The notes under the pieces are model-generated. The model was not told the origin of the DNA. It saw only the letters and a program-made list of their open reading frames with translations, and did not search any database. From IMG/VR virus record IMGVR_UViG_3300032053_000004, positions 96,001-160,000 of that record: a stretch of DNA of 64,000 nt, one strand, 5' to 3'. This stretch comes from a virus. Lineage: Duplodnaviria > Caudoviricetes. Of the stretch, positions 38,425-47,700 are shown piece after piece; the first letter of the stretch is position 1; each line of letters begins with the position of its first letter. The position numbers and the translations under genes are program-made.

Positions 38425-40920
38425 GTGAAAGCCCCCATATCGGCCTGTCTTATAGTTAAAAATGAAATTGGACAAATCGAAAATTGTCTTAAGTCTATAC
38501 GTCCATATGTAGAAGAAATAGTAGTAGTAGATACTGGTTCCACTGATGGAACTCCGGAAATAGTTAAAAAATATGCTGATATATTTGAAGTTTTTACAGG
38601 ATGCAATGACTCAGAAGGACGGATTGAATCTTTTTCTTTAGCAAGACAAAGAAGTTTTGATTTAGCTACTAAACCTTGGCTTTTTTGGATAGATGGTGAT
38701 GATGAGGTTCAAGGGGCCGAATATTTACTTGAATTAACTACAAAATATGATAAACTGAGAAATGGATCACCTGTAATGGTGATCATACCATATGATTATT
38801 CATTTGATGAAAAAGGAAATGTCACATGTCTTCATTATAGAGAAAGATTAATCACTCCAAAAACTGCATGCCATTGGGTTAGTCCTATACATGAAATTTG
38901 TACACCAAATGGTCCTGGGACCGTCATGGTCCAGGATGAAAAAGTTCGCGTTGTACATAAACGACATCTTGTAAATAAACCATTTGAGCAAAATCGGAAT
39001 CTTCGTATCCTAAAATCTCATTATGAAAAGCATGGCGAATCTGATATTCGTCATCTATACTACCTTGGTCTCGAGTATGGAAACGTTGGTGATCTAGGAA
39101 ATGCTATAAAATTTCATAAACGGTATGTTGAACTTTCAGGCTGGGATGATGAGAGGTTCCTCGCTTGTTTGAAGGTATCTGAACATTATCAATCAATGGG
39201 TGATTATGATAGTTCTGTTGATTGGGCTTCAAAAGCTCTCATAGTTAGAGAGGGTTGGTGTGAAGCTTATTTCTCTTTAGGGAGAAGTTTTTATTTCATG
39301 GCCCAAAAGGGCGGAAAAGATTCATATAGAAATTGGGAAAGAAGTGTTCATTTCTTTTCATTAGGGCTTTCTTTACCACCGACCAAAACTATTCTTTTTG
39401 TTAATCCGACAGAAAGAAATTATGATGTTCATAGATATTATAATTTAGCTTTACATAATGTAGGTCAAACTGAAAAAGCTTTGGAAAGTGTAAATCAAGC
39501 ACTTCAAATGAGACCTGATGATGATGGTCTTATTGGAAATAAAAAAATTTATGAAAATGATTTAGCTCGCAAGACGATAGATAAAAATTTATCTATTCTT
39601 CATAATATGGGAGTATTGTCTACCGACCAAAATCAATTGATCATAGATGTTCTTTCAGGAAAATTAACTAAATTAACTAAATCGAATGTTGAAAATAAAC
39701 AAGAAATTAAATCGGAAATCACCTTAGAAATTAAAAAAGAGTCCACACTTGGAACCGAAGAAGTTATACGACCTCTTAATGACCTTAAATCAGTAATAAA
39801 TACGAAATACGAAATCGTGTTTTATGTCGGTCCAGGTCCCGAATCTTGGACCCCAAATACTGCTAATAAGATTGGGATTGGTGGGTCTGAAACTGCTGTA
39901 ATAGAAATGGGTCGAAGATTAGCTAAACTTGGTCATACTATTCGAGTTTATGGAGATTGTCCGAATTCTGAAGGTGTATATGATGGTGTTTCATATTTTG
40001 ATCACACAAAATATCAAAATCAATCATGTGATATACTAATAACATCAAGAAGGCCAAACGCTGTAGACGATACTAATAATGTTAAATCTAGAGTTACGTT
40101 TTGTTGGGTCCATGATGTTAGTTGTGGTGGGGCTCTTACTCATGCAAGGACTATTCGAACAGATAAGTTTTTGACTTTGAGTCAGTGGCATAAAAACAAC
40201 TTTTTAAGTTCTCATGTTTCTGTTCATCCCGACCAAGTTATTGTTACTAGAAATGGTATTGATTTGAATAAATTCAAAAAATCTGTTCAAAGAAATCCTC
40301 ATAAAGCTGTTTATAGCTCAAGTCCAGATCGTGGGATGGAAGTTGCGGTTCGTATTTGGCCGCGAGTACGGGAAAAAATACCTGACGCGGAACTTCATGT
40401 GTTTTATGGTTTTCAAACTTGGGAAGTCTCAGCTGTCAATGACCCGGGTCAAACTAATTTAATTAAACATTTGAAAAATGTTCTTAAGGAACATGAGGAA
40501 CACGGGGTTATTTTTCATGGGAGAGTTAACCAAGAGGAACTTGCGAATCACTTTTTATCGAGTGGTGTTTGGCCATATAGTACTTGGTTTACCGAGACAA
40601 GTTGTATAACCGCTATGGAAGCCCAAGCCGCTGGCCTTAGAATTGTCACTTCTCCTATTGCTGCTCTAAATGAAACCGTCGGGCCTCGAGGAGTCATGAT
40701 CCCTGGTGATTGGCTATCTCCTGATTATCAAAATAAATTTGTTGATGCTGTTGTAGAAGCGATGAATAAAACTGACGATTCTGATCGTGAAATTTTAAAG
40801 AAATATGCAGAAGAAAATTTTGGTTGGGACTCGTTAGCAAACGACTGGGAAAAGATGTTTGAATCAGTCATTGAAGAAGTCTCAACAAATATGATTCCTC
40901 CTTATAAGGGGTACTTGTGA
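38425..40920 (+). CDS. GT2-TPR-GT4 multidomain glycosyltransferase
   Basis: ISACLIVKNE..VVVDTGSTDGT..FWIDGDD (GT2), TPR-like helices (YYLGLEYGN, AYFSLG), then GGSE...SSPDRG...FTETSCITAMEAQAAG (GT-B). Confidence 0.85.
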   Translation: MKAPISACLIVKNEIGQIENCLKSIRPYVEEIVVVDTGSTDGTPEIVKKYADIFEVFTGCNDSEGRIESFSLARQRSFDLATKPWLFWIDGDDEVQGAEYLLELTTKYDKLRNGSPVMVIIPYDYSFDEKGNVTCLHYRERLITPKTACHWVSPIHEICTPNGPGTVMVQDEKVRVVHKRHLVNKPFEQNRNLRILKSHYEKHGESDIRHLYYLGLEYGNVGDLGNAIKFHKRYVELSGWDDERFLACLKVSEHYQSMGDYDSSVDWASKALIVREGWCEAYFSLGRSFYFMAQKGGKDSYRNWERSVHFFSLGLSLPPTKTILFVNPTERNYDVHRYYNLALHNVGQTEKALESVNQALQMRPDDDGLIGNKKIYENDLARKTIDKNLSILHNMGVLSTDQNQLIIDVLSGKLTKLTKSNVENKQEIKSEITLEIKKESTLGTEEVIRPLNDLKSVINTKYEIVFYVGPGPESWTPNTANKIGIGGSETAVIEMGRRLAKLGHTIRVYGDCPNSEGVYDGVSYFDHTKYQNQSCDILITSRRPNAVDDTNNVKSRVTFCWVHDVSCGGALTHARTIRTDKFLTLSQWHKNNFLSSHVSVHPDQVIVTRNGIDLNKFKKSVQRNPHKAVYSSSPDRGMEVAVRIWPRVREKIPDAELHVFYGFQTWEVSAVNDPGQTNLIKHLKNVLKEHEEHGVIFHGRVNQEELANHFLSSGVWPYSTWFTETSCITAMEAQAAGLRIVTSPIAALNETVGPRGVMIPGDWLSPDYQNKFVDAVVEAMNKTDDSDREILKKYAEENFGWDSLANDWEKMFESVIEEVSTNMIPPYKGYL

Positions 40921-41861
40921 GAGTCATTGTAACAGGTGGGGCTGGATTTATCGGTTCACATCTTTCTCTGAGTTTGTTAGAACTTGGACACGAAGTCATA
41001 TGCATTGATAACTTTTTTACATCTCGTAAAGAAACTATTTCTAATCTCACATCTTTCTCAAATTTTGAATTGATGAGACATGACGTTTGTGATCCATGGC
41101 ATATAGAAGCTGACCAAATATACCATTTAGCTTGTCCTGCGAGTCCAGTTCATTATCAAAAAAACCCGGTAAGAACTATTAAAACTGCTATGATCGGGAC
41201 TTTAAACGCTCTTGAATGCGCTCGCGATACTAATGCTCGCCTAGTTATCACATCGACTTCTGAAGTTTATGGGGATCCGATTATTCATCCTCAATCAGAA
41301 GACTATTTTGGAAATGTTAACCCAATTGGTGATAGAAGCTGTTATGATGAAGGGAAAAGAGTCGGAGAAAGTTTAGCTGTTTCTTGGTCAAAACAATACA
41401 AAACTGATGTTAGAATAGCTCGTCTTTTTAATACTTACGGGCCTCACATGGCGTTTAATGACGGTCGTTTAATCCCGAATTTTATCCTTCAAGCTATTGA
41501 AGGAAACCCTCTTACAGTTTATGGAGACGGATCTCAAACTAGAAGTTTTTGTTATGTATCGGACACAGTTCGTGGACTAATAAAATTAATGAACGTAGAC
41601 CAATCAGATAAAGTTCCTGTCATAAATATCGGGAACCCGGATGAAAGAACTATTCTTTCAGTTGCTAACGATATAATTAAATCAATAAACACTTCCCTGC
41701 GTACGGTTCATGAGCCTCTCCCGTCAGATGATCCTAAACAACGGTGTCCTGACATCACAAAAGCTAAACTTCTTCTTGATTGGGAACCTGTTGTTTCTTA
41801 TGAAGAAGGCATATCGAAAACTGTGAAGTGGTTTACTTCTGAATCTCGGAGTAGAAAATGA
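40917..41861 (+). CDS. UDP-glucuronate decarboxylase (UDP-xylose synthase, extended SDR)
   Basis: TGGAGFIG, YHLACPASPVHYQ.NP..TIKT, STSEVYG, RSCYDEGKR and QTRSFCYV. Confidence 0.9.
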   Translation: MRVIVTGGAGFIGSHLSLSLLELGHEVICIDNFFTSRKETISNLTSFSNFELMRHDVCDPWHIEADQIYHLACPASPVHYQKNPVRTIKTAMIGTLNALECARDTNARLVITSTSEVYGDPIIHPQSEDYFGNVNPIGDRSCYDEGKRVGESLAVSWSKQYKTDVRIARLFNTYGPHMAFNDGRLIPNFILQAIEGNPLTVYGDGSQTRSFCYVSDTVRGLIKLMNVDQSDKVPVINIGNPDERTILSVANDIIKSINTSLRTVHEPLPSDDPKQRCPDITKAKLLLDWEPVVSYEEGISKTVKWFTSESRSRK

Positions 41862-43135
41862 ATTGGGAATCTCGTAAAAATATCGGTCCTAATGGACCCT
41901 CAGAAACAGATTTTCCTGTTGCTGTAAATACCCCTCATTCTCAAGCTTGGGGCATACCTGAAGAATTTTTTATCGAAGAACTTCCTCTTCGAATGACTGA
42001 TAATCAATTACAATCCATGGTTCTTACCATTTGGAGAGAATTCATTCTTAATGATGAAGTTTTATCTGCAATTTCATTTCTTGAAAACGCACCATATAGA
42101 GTTCGCCATACTGAAGCAACCACTCGCGCCTTAAACATAACTAAAAAATCTATTGAGTGGATGTTTGATCATTCTAAAAGTCAAACTATAAATACTCCCC
42201 GTGATCCAAACGGGGTTCCATTCACAATAGAAGTTGGCAACATTCTTCCGGATCCTCTAACAGGACAACTTGAAGGAAGGTCTACTTGGATTACCAATAG
42301 ATTAACTCCTGGTTGCAGTCTTATAGATTTCGGTTGTATTGACGGATCTATGACAAACCGTTGGGGGATGTCAGGATTTAAAGTAACCGGTGTTGATCTG
42401 AGTATGAATTCAATATCTATAGCAAACAAGAAAGCTATTCAGTTTAATACTGGAGCTAAGCATATATGCTCTTATTTTAAGAACATTCCGAACCATATCA
42501 TACAAAATTCTTTTGATGTCGCTACCTGTAGTGATACATATGAACATCTTATCGACCCTATTGTTGATTTACTAGAACCGGCCAGAAAATGTCTTTCTGG
42601 CCATGGAAGAATGCTTTTAGTTACTCCTCATGGAGCCTGGTTTCGTGGTAAATTTCTTTCTTGGGCCCATCCTTGGTCTTGGTATAAGAGTGGTTCTTCC
42701 TGGTTAAAACCAGAACCAAGAGCTCATTTAGTAGCGCCAACTGTTTGGTCTGTTGCGGATCATTTTCGAAAATCTAAATGGTGGGTTAAATCCTCTGAGG
42801 TTGTTATACAGTCTTATGGGGACGTTCCTGGTCAAGGAAATGTGTGTGTGGAAGCTTTCGTTAACCCTCCACCTGTTTGGCCGGGTTTAGATATTGTAGT
42901 TTTGGGGTCTAATTTTGAATTGGCTGAATCTTTAGCTCTTCTCGGTAATAGAGTTCGCCATTTCGGACCTTGGGATGAAGAAAAGATATCGAATTTTGTT
43001 GATCATATATTTGACTCAAAACTATTTGATATCAAATGTGACGTTCTAATTTCTGATACGAACGTTGATTCTGTCGTTTCTAATAAAATTTATCCAAGCT
43101 CTGCTTCAGCTTCTGACGTTATCAATGGTGTCTAA
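41858..43135 (+). CDS. Class I SAM-dependent methyltransferase with a degenerate GT-like C-terminus
   Basis: LIDFGCIDG (motif I), TGVDLS, FDVATCSDTYEHL and GRMLLVTP. Confidence 0.8.
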   Translation: MNWESRKNIGPNGPSETDFPVAVNTPHSQAWGIPEEFFIEELPLRMTDNQLQSMVLTIWREFILNDEVLSAISFLENAPYRVRHTEATTRALNITKKSIEWMFDHSKSQTINTPRDPNGVPFTIEVGNILPDPLTGQLEGRSTWITNRLTPGCSLIDFGCIDGSMTNRWGMSGFKVTGVDLSMNSISIANKKAIQFNTGAKHICSYFKNIPNHIIQNSFDVATCSDTYEHLIDPIVDLLEPARKCLSGHGRMLLVTPHGAWFRGKFLSWAHPWSWYKSGSSWLKPEPRAHLVAPTVWSVADHFRKSKWWVKSSEVVIQSYGDVPGQGNVCVEAFVNPPPVWPGLDIVVLGSNFELAESLALLGNRVRHFGPWDEEKISNFVDHIFDSKLFDIKCDVLISDTNVDSVVSNKIYPSSASASDVINGV

Positions 43136-44283
43136 TGAGAATTGCTTTCTTAAATCATCCTATTGGGGTCAGAGACCCTGTTAATCCTGTTGATGTTTGG
43201 ACCTCTTCTAGAGGTTTAACAGGATCTGAGATTGCTTTTTTTAAATACGCAGAAGAACTAACCAAACTCGGTCATGACGTAAATTTATTTACCAAATTTA
43301 CTACTTCCGACCCGTTGGGTGGAAACGGACCTTATTGCATTCCTTATGATCAATGGGAAAGCATTTATTCTAAACAGAGTTGGGACGCAGCTTGTTGTTG
43401 GACGGTTGCGGACCCTCTTTCTTTAGTTGGTCCTGGAATATTTAGATTTTTGAATCATCAATGCAACGGATTTAGCGTCAGTCTTTCTGGTTGGGAAAAA
43501 TATGTTGATATAATAGCGCCTCTTTCTCATACTCACGCTAGAGCTTTATCTAAAGATACGTCATTTTCTAAGGATAAATGGAGAATTCTCTACAATGGCG
43601 TTGATTGTTCTAAATTTTATCCTGAAAATAAAGAGTCTGGAAAATTGATTTGGGCTTCCTCTTTAGATAGAGGACTTCATTGGTTATTAGAATCTTTTCC
43701 TTATATCAAAAGAAAAGCTCCTAACACGGAACTTCACGTCTTCTATGATTTCCATTCAATAGAACACGCGGCTGAGGTCTATTATCCTGGCGGGCAGCCG
43801 TATTTCACGAATGAACACTTTGAACTTGGGAACCGGGCTCGTTATATTTTGCGTGCTCTTCAAAAACTTGAAGGAAAAGGTGTTCATGTCCATAAATCAG
43901 TTAGTCGTTCCAGAATAGAACAAGAAATGAAAACTTCTTCTATCTTGGCCTATCCTTTAGATTCTATTTATTTTACTGAAACTTTCGGTGTCGTTGTTTT
44001 AGAAGCGTGTGCTTCAGGGACTATTCCCGTTCTATGTCTTGGCGATGCGTTCGGTGAGCTTTGGGGAGAAGTTGCTGAATCAGTTCCTCCCCCGTTTAAA
44101 GATCATAAAAATGAATATTTAGAAAAATTAATCAAATGTTTGACTGATGACGCATATAGGGACAATCTATCTAAAAAATGCGTTGATCATGCTAAGAAGT
44201 TTGAGTGGTCAGTTCTCGCTAAAGGATTGGAAAAGTGCCTCTTGACTAAGGGTCAAGAGGGCCTTCCTCTTGTTGATTGGTGA
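43135..44283 (+). CDS. Glycosyltransferase, GT4-like (GT-B)
   Basis: GLTGSE, SSLDRGL and ETFGVVVLEACASG. Confidence 0.85.
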   Translation: MRIAFLNHPIGVRDPVNPVDVWTSSRGLTGSEIAFFKYAEELTKLGHDVNLFTKFTTSDPLGGNGPYCIPYDQWESIYSKQSWDAACCWTVADPLSLVGPGIFRFLNHQCNGFSVSLSGWEKYVDIIAPLSHTHARALSKDTSFSKDKWRILYNGVDCSKFYPENKESGKLIWASSLDRGLHWLLESFPYIKRKAPNTELHVFYDFHSIEHAAEVYYPGGQPYFTNEHFELGNRARYILRALQKLEGKGVHVHKSVSRSRIEQEMKTSSILAYPLDSIYFTETFGVVVLEACASGTIPVLCLGDAFGELWGEVAESVPPPFKDHKNEYLEKLIKCLTDDAYRDNLSKKCVDHAKKFEWSVLAKGLEKCLLTKGQEGLPLVDW

Positions 44284-44287
44284 CATA

Positions 44288-45415
44288 ATGAATTTAAAAA
44301 TTGCTTTTATTTATGGAAACTGGTGTTTGGGGAATCGTCCCATTAATGTCAATGAATTATTTACATCTAAACGGGGTCTTACTGGCTCGGAACTTTCTTG
44401 TTTTATGTTTGCAAAAGAAATGGCTAAGAAAGGTCATAACACTTCATTATTCATAGGCGGCGGGTCAGGAGAATGGGAAGGAGTTAAAATTCGCGATATA
44501 TCGGAGATATCATCTATTGATCCAACTTGGGATGTCGCCTATTCTTGGAATGAACCAGATCTTCTTCGTCAAGTAAACGCTAATTTGCGGATGATGAATC
44601 AGCAACTTAATGATTTTGCTTATTGTCAACCTGGGTATGACGAATCTGTTGATGTTTATACAAGTCCTTCACAAACTCATATGGAGTTTCTTAAACCTCA
44701 AACACCGTCGCCCAATAAATGGGCAGTTATTCCTAACGGTTGTGATCCGAGTCAATACTCAGCCGGGAAAAAAGTTCCTGGAAGAGTTATTTATGCCTCC
44801 TCTCCTGACAGAGGACTTCATCTTTTGATGCAGGCTTGGCCTCGTATTAAGAAAAATGCTCCCCATGCTCATTTGAAAATATTTTATAACATGGATTACT
44901 GGTTGTCTGTTTTTGTTGGTCAAGAACACTCTATATACCCTGATTCAATGGAATATGGGTATAGAGCTAGGTATATAGATTTAGCTTTTAAAAGATTTGC
45001 TGATTTAGGCGTAGAAAGAGTTGGGTCAGTTAGTCGAGAAGAAATAGCTCAAGAAATGTCAGAAGCTGAAGTTCTGGCATACCCATGTGATACTGCCCGT
45101 TTTACAGAAGGATTTTCTGTAACAACGATGGAGGCTTGCGCTGCTGGAGCTGTTCCAGTCATTTCTTCCGTTGATGCTTTAGGTCAAATATATGGATCAT
45201 TTATACCAACTGTTGAAGCCCCGGTGAAGAATAGATTAAATGAATTTGCTGATATAATATCTCGTTCTCTTAATGATGAAAAATTCCGGAATAGTGTCAT
45301 ATTTAAAGCAAAAAGTCTTGCCCATAAACATAAATGGGAAAAACTTTCTTCTGATCTTGAGAGTTTGATTATGAATAAGTTAGAGTTAAAAAGATGTTCC
45401 CAGCCTCTCATTTAA
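44288..45415 (+). CDS. Glycosyltransferase, GT4-like (GT-B)
   Basis: GLTGSE, SSPDRGL and EGFSVTTMEACAAG; ATG 44288 preferred. Confidence 0.85.
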   Translation: MNLKIAFIYGNWCLGNRPINVNELFTSKRGLTGSELSCFMFAKEMAKKGHNTSLFIGGGSGEWEGVKIRDISEISSIDPTWDVAYSWNEPDLLRQVNANLRMMNQQLNDFAYCQPGYDESVDVYTSPSQTHMEFLKPQTPSPNKWAVIPNGCDPSQYSAGKKVPGRVIYASSPDRGLHLLMQAWPRIKKNAPHAHLKIFYNMDYWLSVFVGQEHSIYPDSMEYGYRARYIDLAFKRFADLGVERVGSVSREEIAQEMSEAEVLAYPCDTARFTEGFSVTTMEACAAGAVPVISSVDALGQIYGSFIPTVEAPVKNRLNEFADIISRSLNDEKFRNSVIFKAKSLAHKHKWEKLSSDLESLIMNKLELKRCSQPLI

Positions 45416-46932
45416 CCCGTCACGCCCGCTCTCAAATAGAAAAGATTCCGGTACTTCTTATAGTGCCGCCGTCTATTTTTTTACTTGATGAACGTGTATT
45501 CATATCTTTAGGAATTTTGAAAGTAGCCGCGAGTCTTGAAGCGGCCGGGCATTCTGTTGAAGTTTTAGATTTATCAGGGATTGATAATTTTGAAGAAGTT
45601 TCTGCGATTCAGGCTAAAAATTCTTCTTCAAACATAGCTTGTTTAACTATCACAACTCCTCAACTCCCTGCGGCCGTAAAAATAGTTAAGTCTATTCGCA
45701 ACGCTCGTCCTGACATGAAAATTGTGGCAGGTGGTCCACATGTTACTCTAGTTCATTCTGCAGTTAAACTTGAGAGAAAAGCCGGTCGAATCGGTCGAGC
45801 TCACCGAGCCTTAACGAAACTTGAAGAAATTTTCAATGTTCTTGTGAGTGGTGATGGTGAAAATTCTATTTTTCAAGCTATTAGTGAAAATGCTTCTAAA
45901 GTAATTGATGCTGATGACCCTAAAAACGGTCTGTTTATGACGAATGAAGTTTATGGATCTACTCCTTGGCCCGCTCGTCATTTGATTGATATAAAATCAT
46001 ATAAATACACAATTGAAGGTTTTCCAGCAACTAGTTTAATAGCTCAACTTGGGTGTCCGTTTGGTTGCACATTTTGCGGAGGAAGAAACAGTAATATGCT
46101 CCGGAGGATTCGTACGAGATCCACCGAAAGCATTGTTGGAGAAATTGAGCATCTTCATAAAAATTACGGCTATACTGGGTTTATGCTTTATGACGACGAA
46201 CTTAATGTATCAAAAACAATTATTGAGCTTATGAACTCTATTGCGGATTTACAAGAGAAACTTGGAGTTGAGTTTAGATTACGAGGTTTCATTAAGAGTC
46301 AGTTGTTTACTGACGAGCAGGCTCAAGCTATGCGAAGAGCTGGATTTCGGTGGCTTCTTTGCGGATTTGAAGCTGCTAATGATCGGATACTTGAAAATAT
46401 AAACAAACGAGCCGATTTAGCAGATAATAATCGAGTGATGGAGATCGCAGCTCGTCACGATCTTAAAGTAAAAGCTTTGATGAGTGTTGGTCACGCTGGA
46501 GAGTCAGAAAAATCCATAATGGACGTGCGAGATTGGCTGCTTCAAGTTCATCCCGCAGATTTTGATGTAACGACTATCACAACTTATCCAGGCACTCCGT
46601 ATTATGATGAAGCTTTAGAACATCCGGAGTTGCCTGATGTTTGGACATATACGGCCAAAAACGGAGATAAACTTCATAGTTATGATGTAGATTATACTGC
46701 TGTTGCTGATTATTATAAAGGAGACCCGAGTGGCGGATACCATTCATATGTATTTACAGATTATTTATCTGGAGACGAAATAGTAAAACTTCGAGATCAA
46801 GTTGAAAACGAAGTTCGAGAAAAACTGAATATTCCATTTAATCCTGGGGCTCCAGGGGTTAAATATGAACATTCAATGGGTCAAGGACCTCTTCCATCAA
46901 ATATTCTTAGACAATCTAAAATTAATAAATAA
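45394..46932 (+). CDS. Cobalamin-binding radical SAM protein (class B methyltransferase-like)
   Basis: N-terminal B12-binding Rossmann motifs (LGILKVAASLE, IVAGGPH) and the CxxxCxxC motif CPFGCTFC. Confidence 0.85.
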   Translation: MFPASHLTRHARSQIEKIPVLLIVPPSIFLLDERVFISLGILKVAASLEAAGHSVEVLDLSGIDNFEEVSAIQAKNSSSNIACLTITTPQLPAAVKIVKSIRNARPDMKIVAGGPHVTLVHSAVKLERKAGRIGRAHRALTKLEEIFNVLVSGDGENSIFQAISENASKVIDADDPKNGLFMTNEVYGSTPWPARHLIDIKSYKYTIEGFPATSLIAQLGCPFGCTFCGGRNSNMLRRIRTRSTESIVGEIEHLHKNYGYTGFMLYDDELNVSKTIIELMNSIADLQEKLGVEFRLRGFIKSQLFTDEQAQAMRRAGFRWLLCGFEAANDRILENINKRADLADNNRVMEIAARHDLKVKALMSVGHAGESEKSIMDVRDWLLQVHPADFDVTTITTYPGTPYYDEALEHPELPDVWTYTAKNGDKLHSYDVDYTAVADYYKGDPSGGYHSYVFTDYLSGDEIVKLRDQVENEVREKLNIPFNPGAPGVKYEHSMGQGPLPSNILRQSKINK

Positions 46933-47572
46933 TGCCTGACTCCATATTCGGGAGTACTAGCTTAAGCCAGTCCGGGTGCTCTGTACTACGGGTCGCATGA
47001 TCCCGTCTTGGAGATCCGAGACGCTTCAGGACCACTCCATGAACAAATCCGGACCGAGTGCCGGTGACCGACCTATGTTCGACGGCTGATTTCTTGATGA
47101 TTTCGAATCGTTCCTTGTTCATCGGGAACTGATCGACGACCGAGATATCTTCCGTACCAGGTCCGATGACACGGGAAAGTATTTCCCTTCGTTTTTCGAT
47201 CGGGAGACGACCTAGACTAACTTCCCCGTCTCGAATGACGTCCCAAAGGGAAATGAGGCACTGGACGCCCTTATTGTGTCTCCAGCTCCCTCTCTTTGTC
47301 GGAGTCCAGATTTCCCCGTCCAGAACAGTTCCCTTCTTAAGGTTCAAAGCCTGAAGCTGGGAAACCAGATTATCCGGAATTTCAATCGGCTTCTTTTCTC
47401 GGGTCCAGAGTTTAACTGAACCATTAGCGATAATAATTACTCGGAAACCGTCTAATTTCGGCTCGAGGAGATATTTAGAATTGTCGATTTTGTCAAAGAT
47501 AGATTCATCGACTCGAACGGGTTTAAAGGGGTAAACCCAAAAACCTTCAGAATCAATTCCTGTCATTTGCAT
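46922..47572 (-). CDS. ATP-dependent ligase-family nucleotidyltransferase domain, no OB domain
   Basis: EPKLDGFR (motif I), VLDGEI (III), LWDV (IIIa), HGVVLKR (IV) and WLKL (V). Start is probably ATG 47572, because the longer track ORF overlaps the divergent gene. Confidence 0.75.
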   Translation of the reverse strand: MQMTGIDSEGFWVYPFKPVRVDESIFDKIDNSKYLLEPKLDGFRVIIIANGSVKLWTREKKPIEIPDNLVSQLQALNLKKGTVLDGEIWTPTKRGSWRHNKGVQCLISLWDVIRDGEVSLGRLPIEKRREILSRVIGPGTEDISVVDQFPMNKERFEIIKKSAVEHRSVTGTRSGFVHGVVLKRLGSPRRDHATRSTEHPDWLKLVLPNMESGIIY

Positions 47573-47577
47573 AAATA

Positions 47578-47606
47578 TTGATATGAAGTCGGGTTTCAGA
47601 TTTACG
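47578..47606 (-). promoter_or_regulatory. Putative promoter of the ligase-like gene
   Basis: CGTAAA-N17-TATCAA-N5-ATG, the same geometry as the 14158 and 17334 promoters but with a weaker -10. Confidence 0.4.
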
Positions 47607-47700
47607 TTCTTAATGTTCAAGAGATTTAGGTAAACAAATTTCCACCCCAAACCCTTCTCCAAGACCTGTCCTTTTAATCCGTCTGACCCACACGGGTCTG

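Noticed and set aside
27157-46932. Eukaryotic giant-virus origin suggested by collagen plus glycosyltransferases
   Set aside because: Shine-Dalgarno sites, coupled operons, an HK97-type protease/capsid module and a tail sheath indicate a tailed prokaryotic virus.
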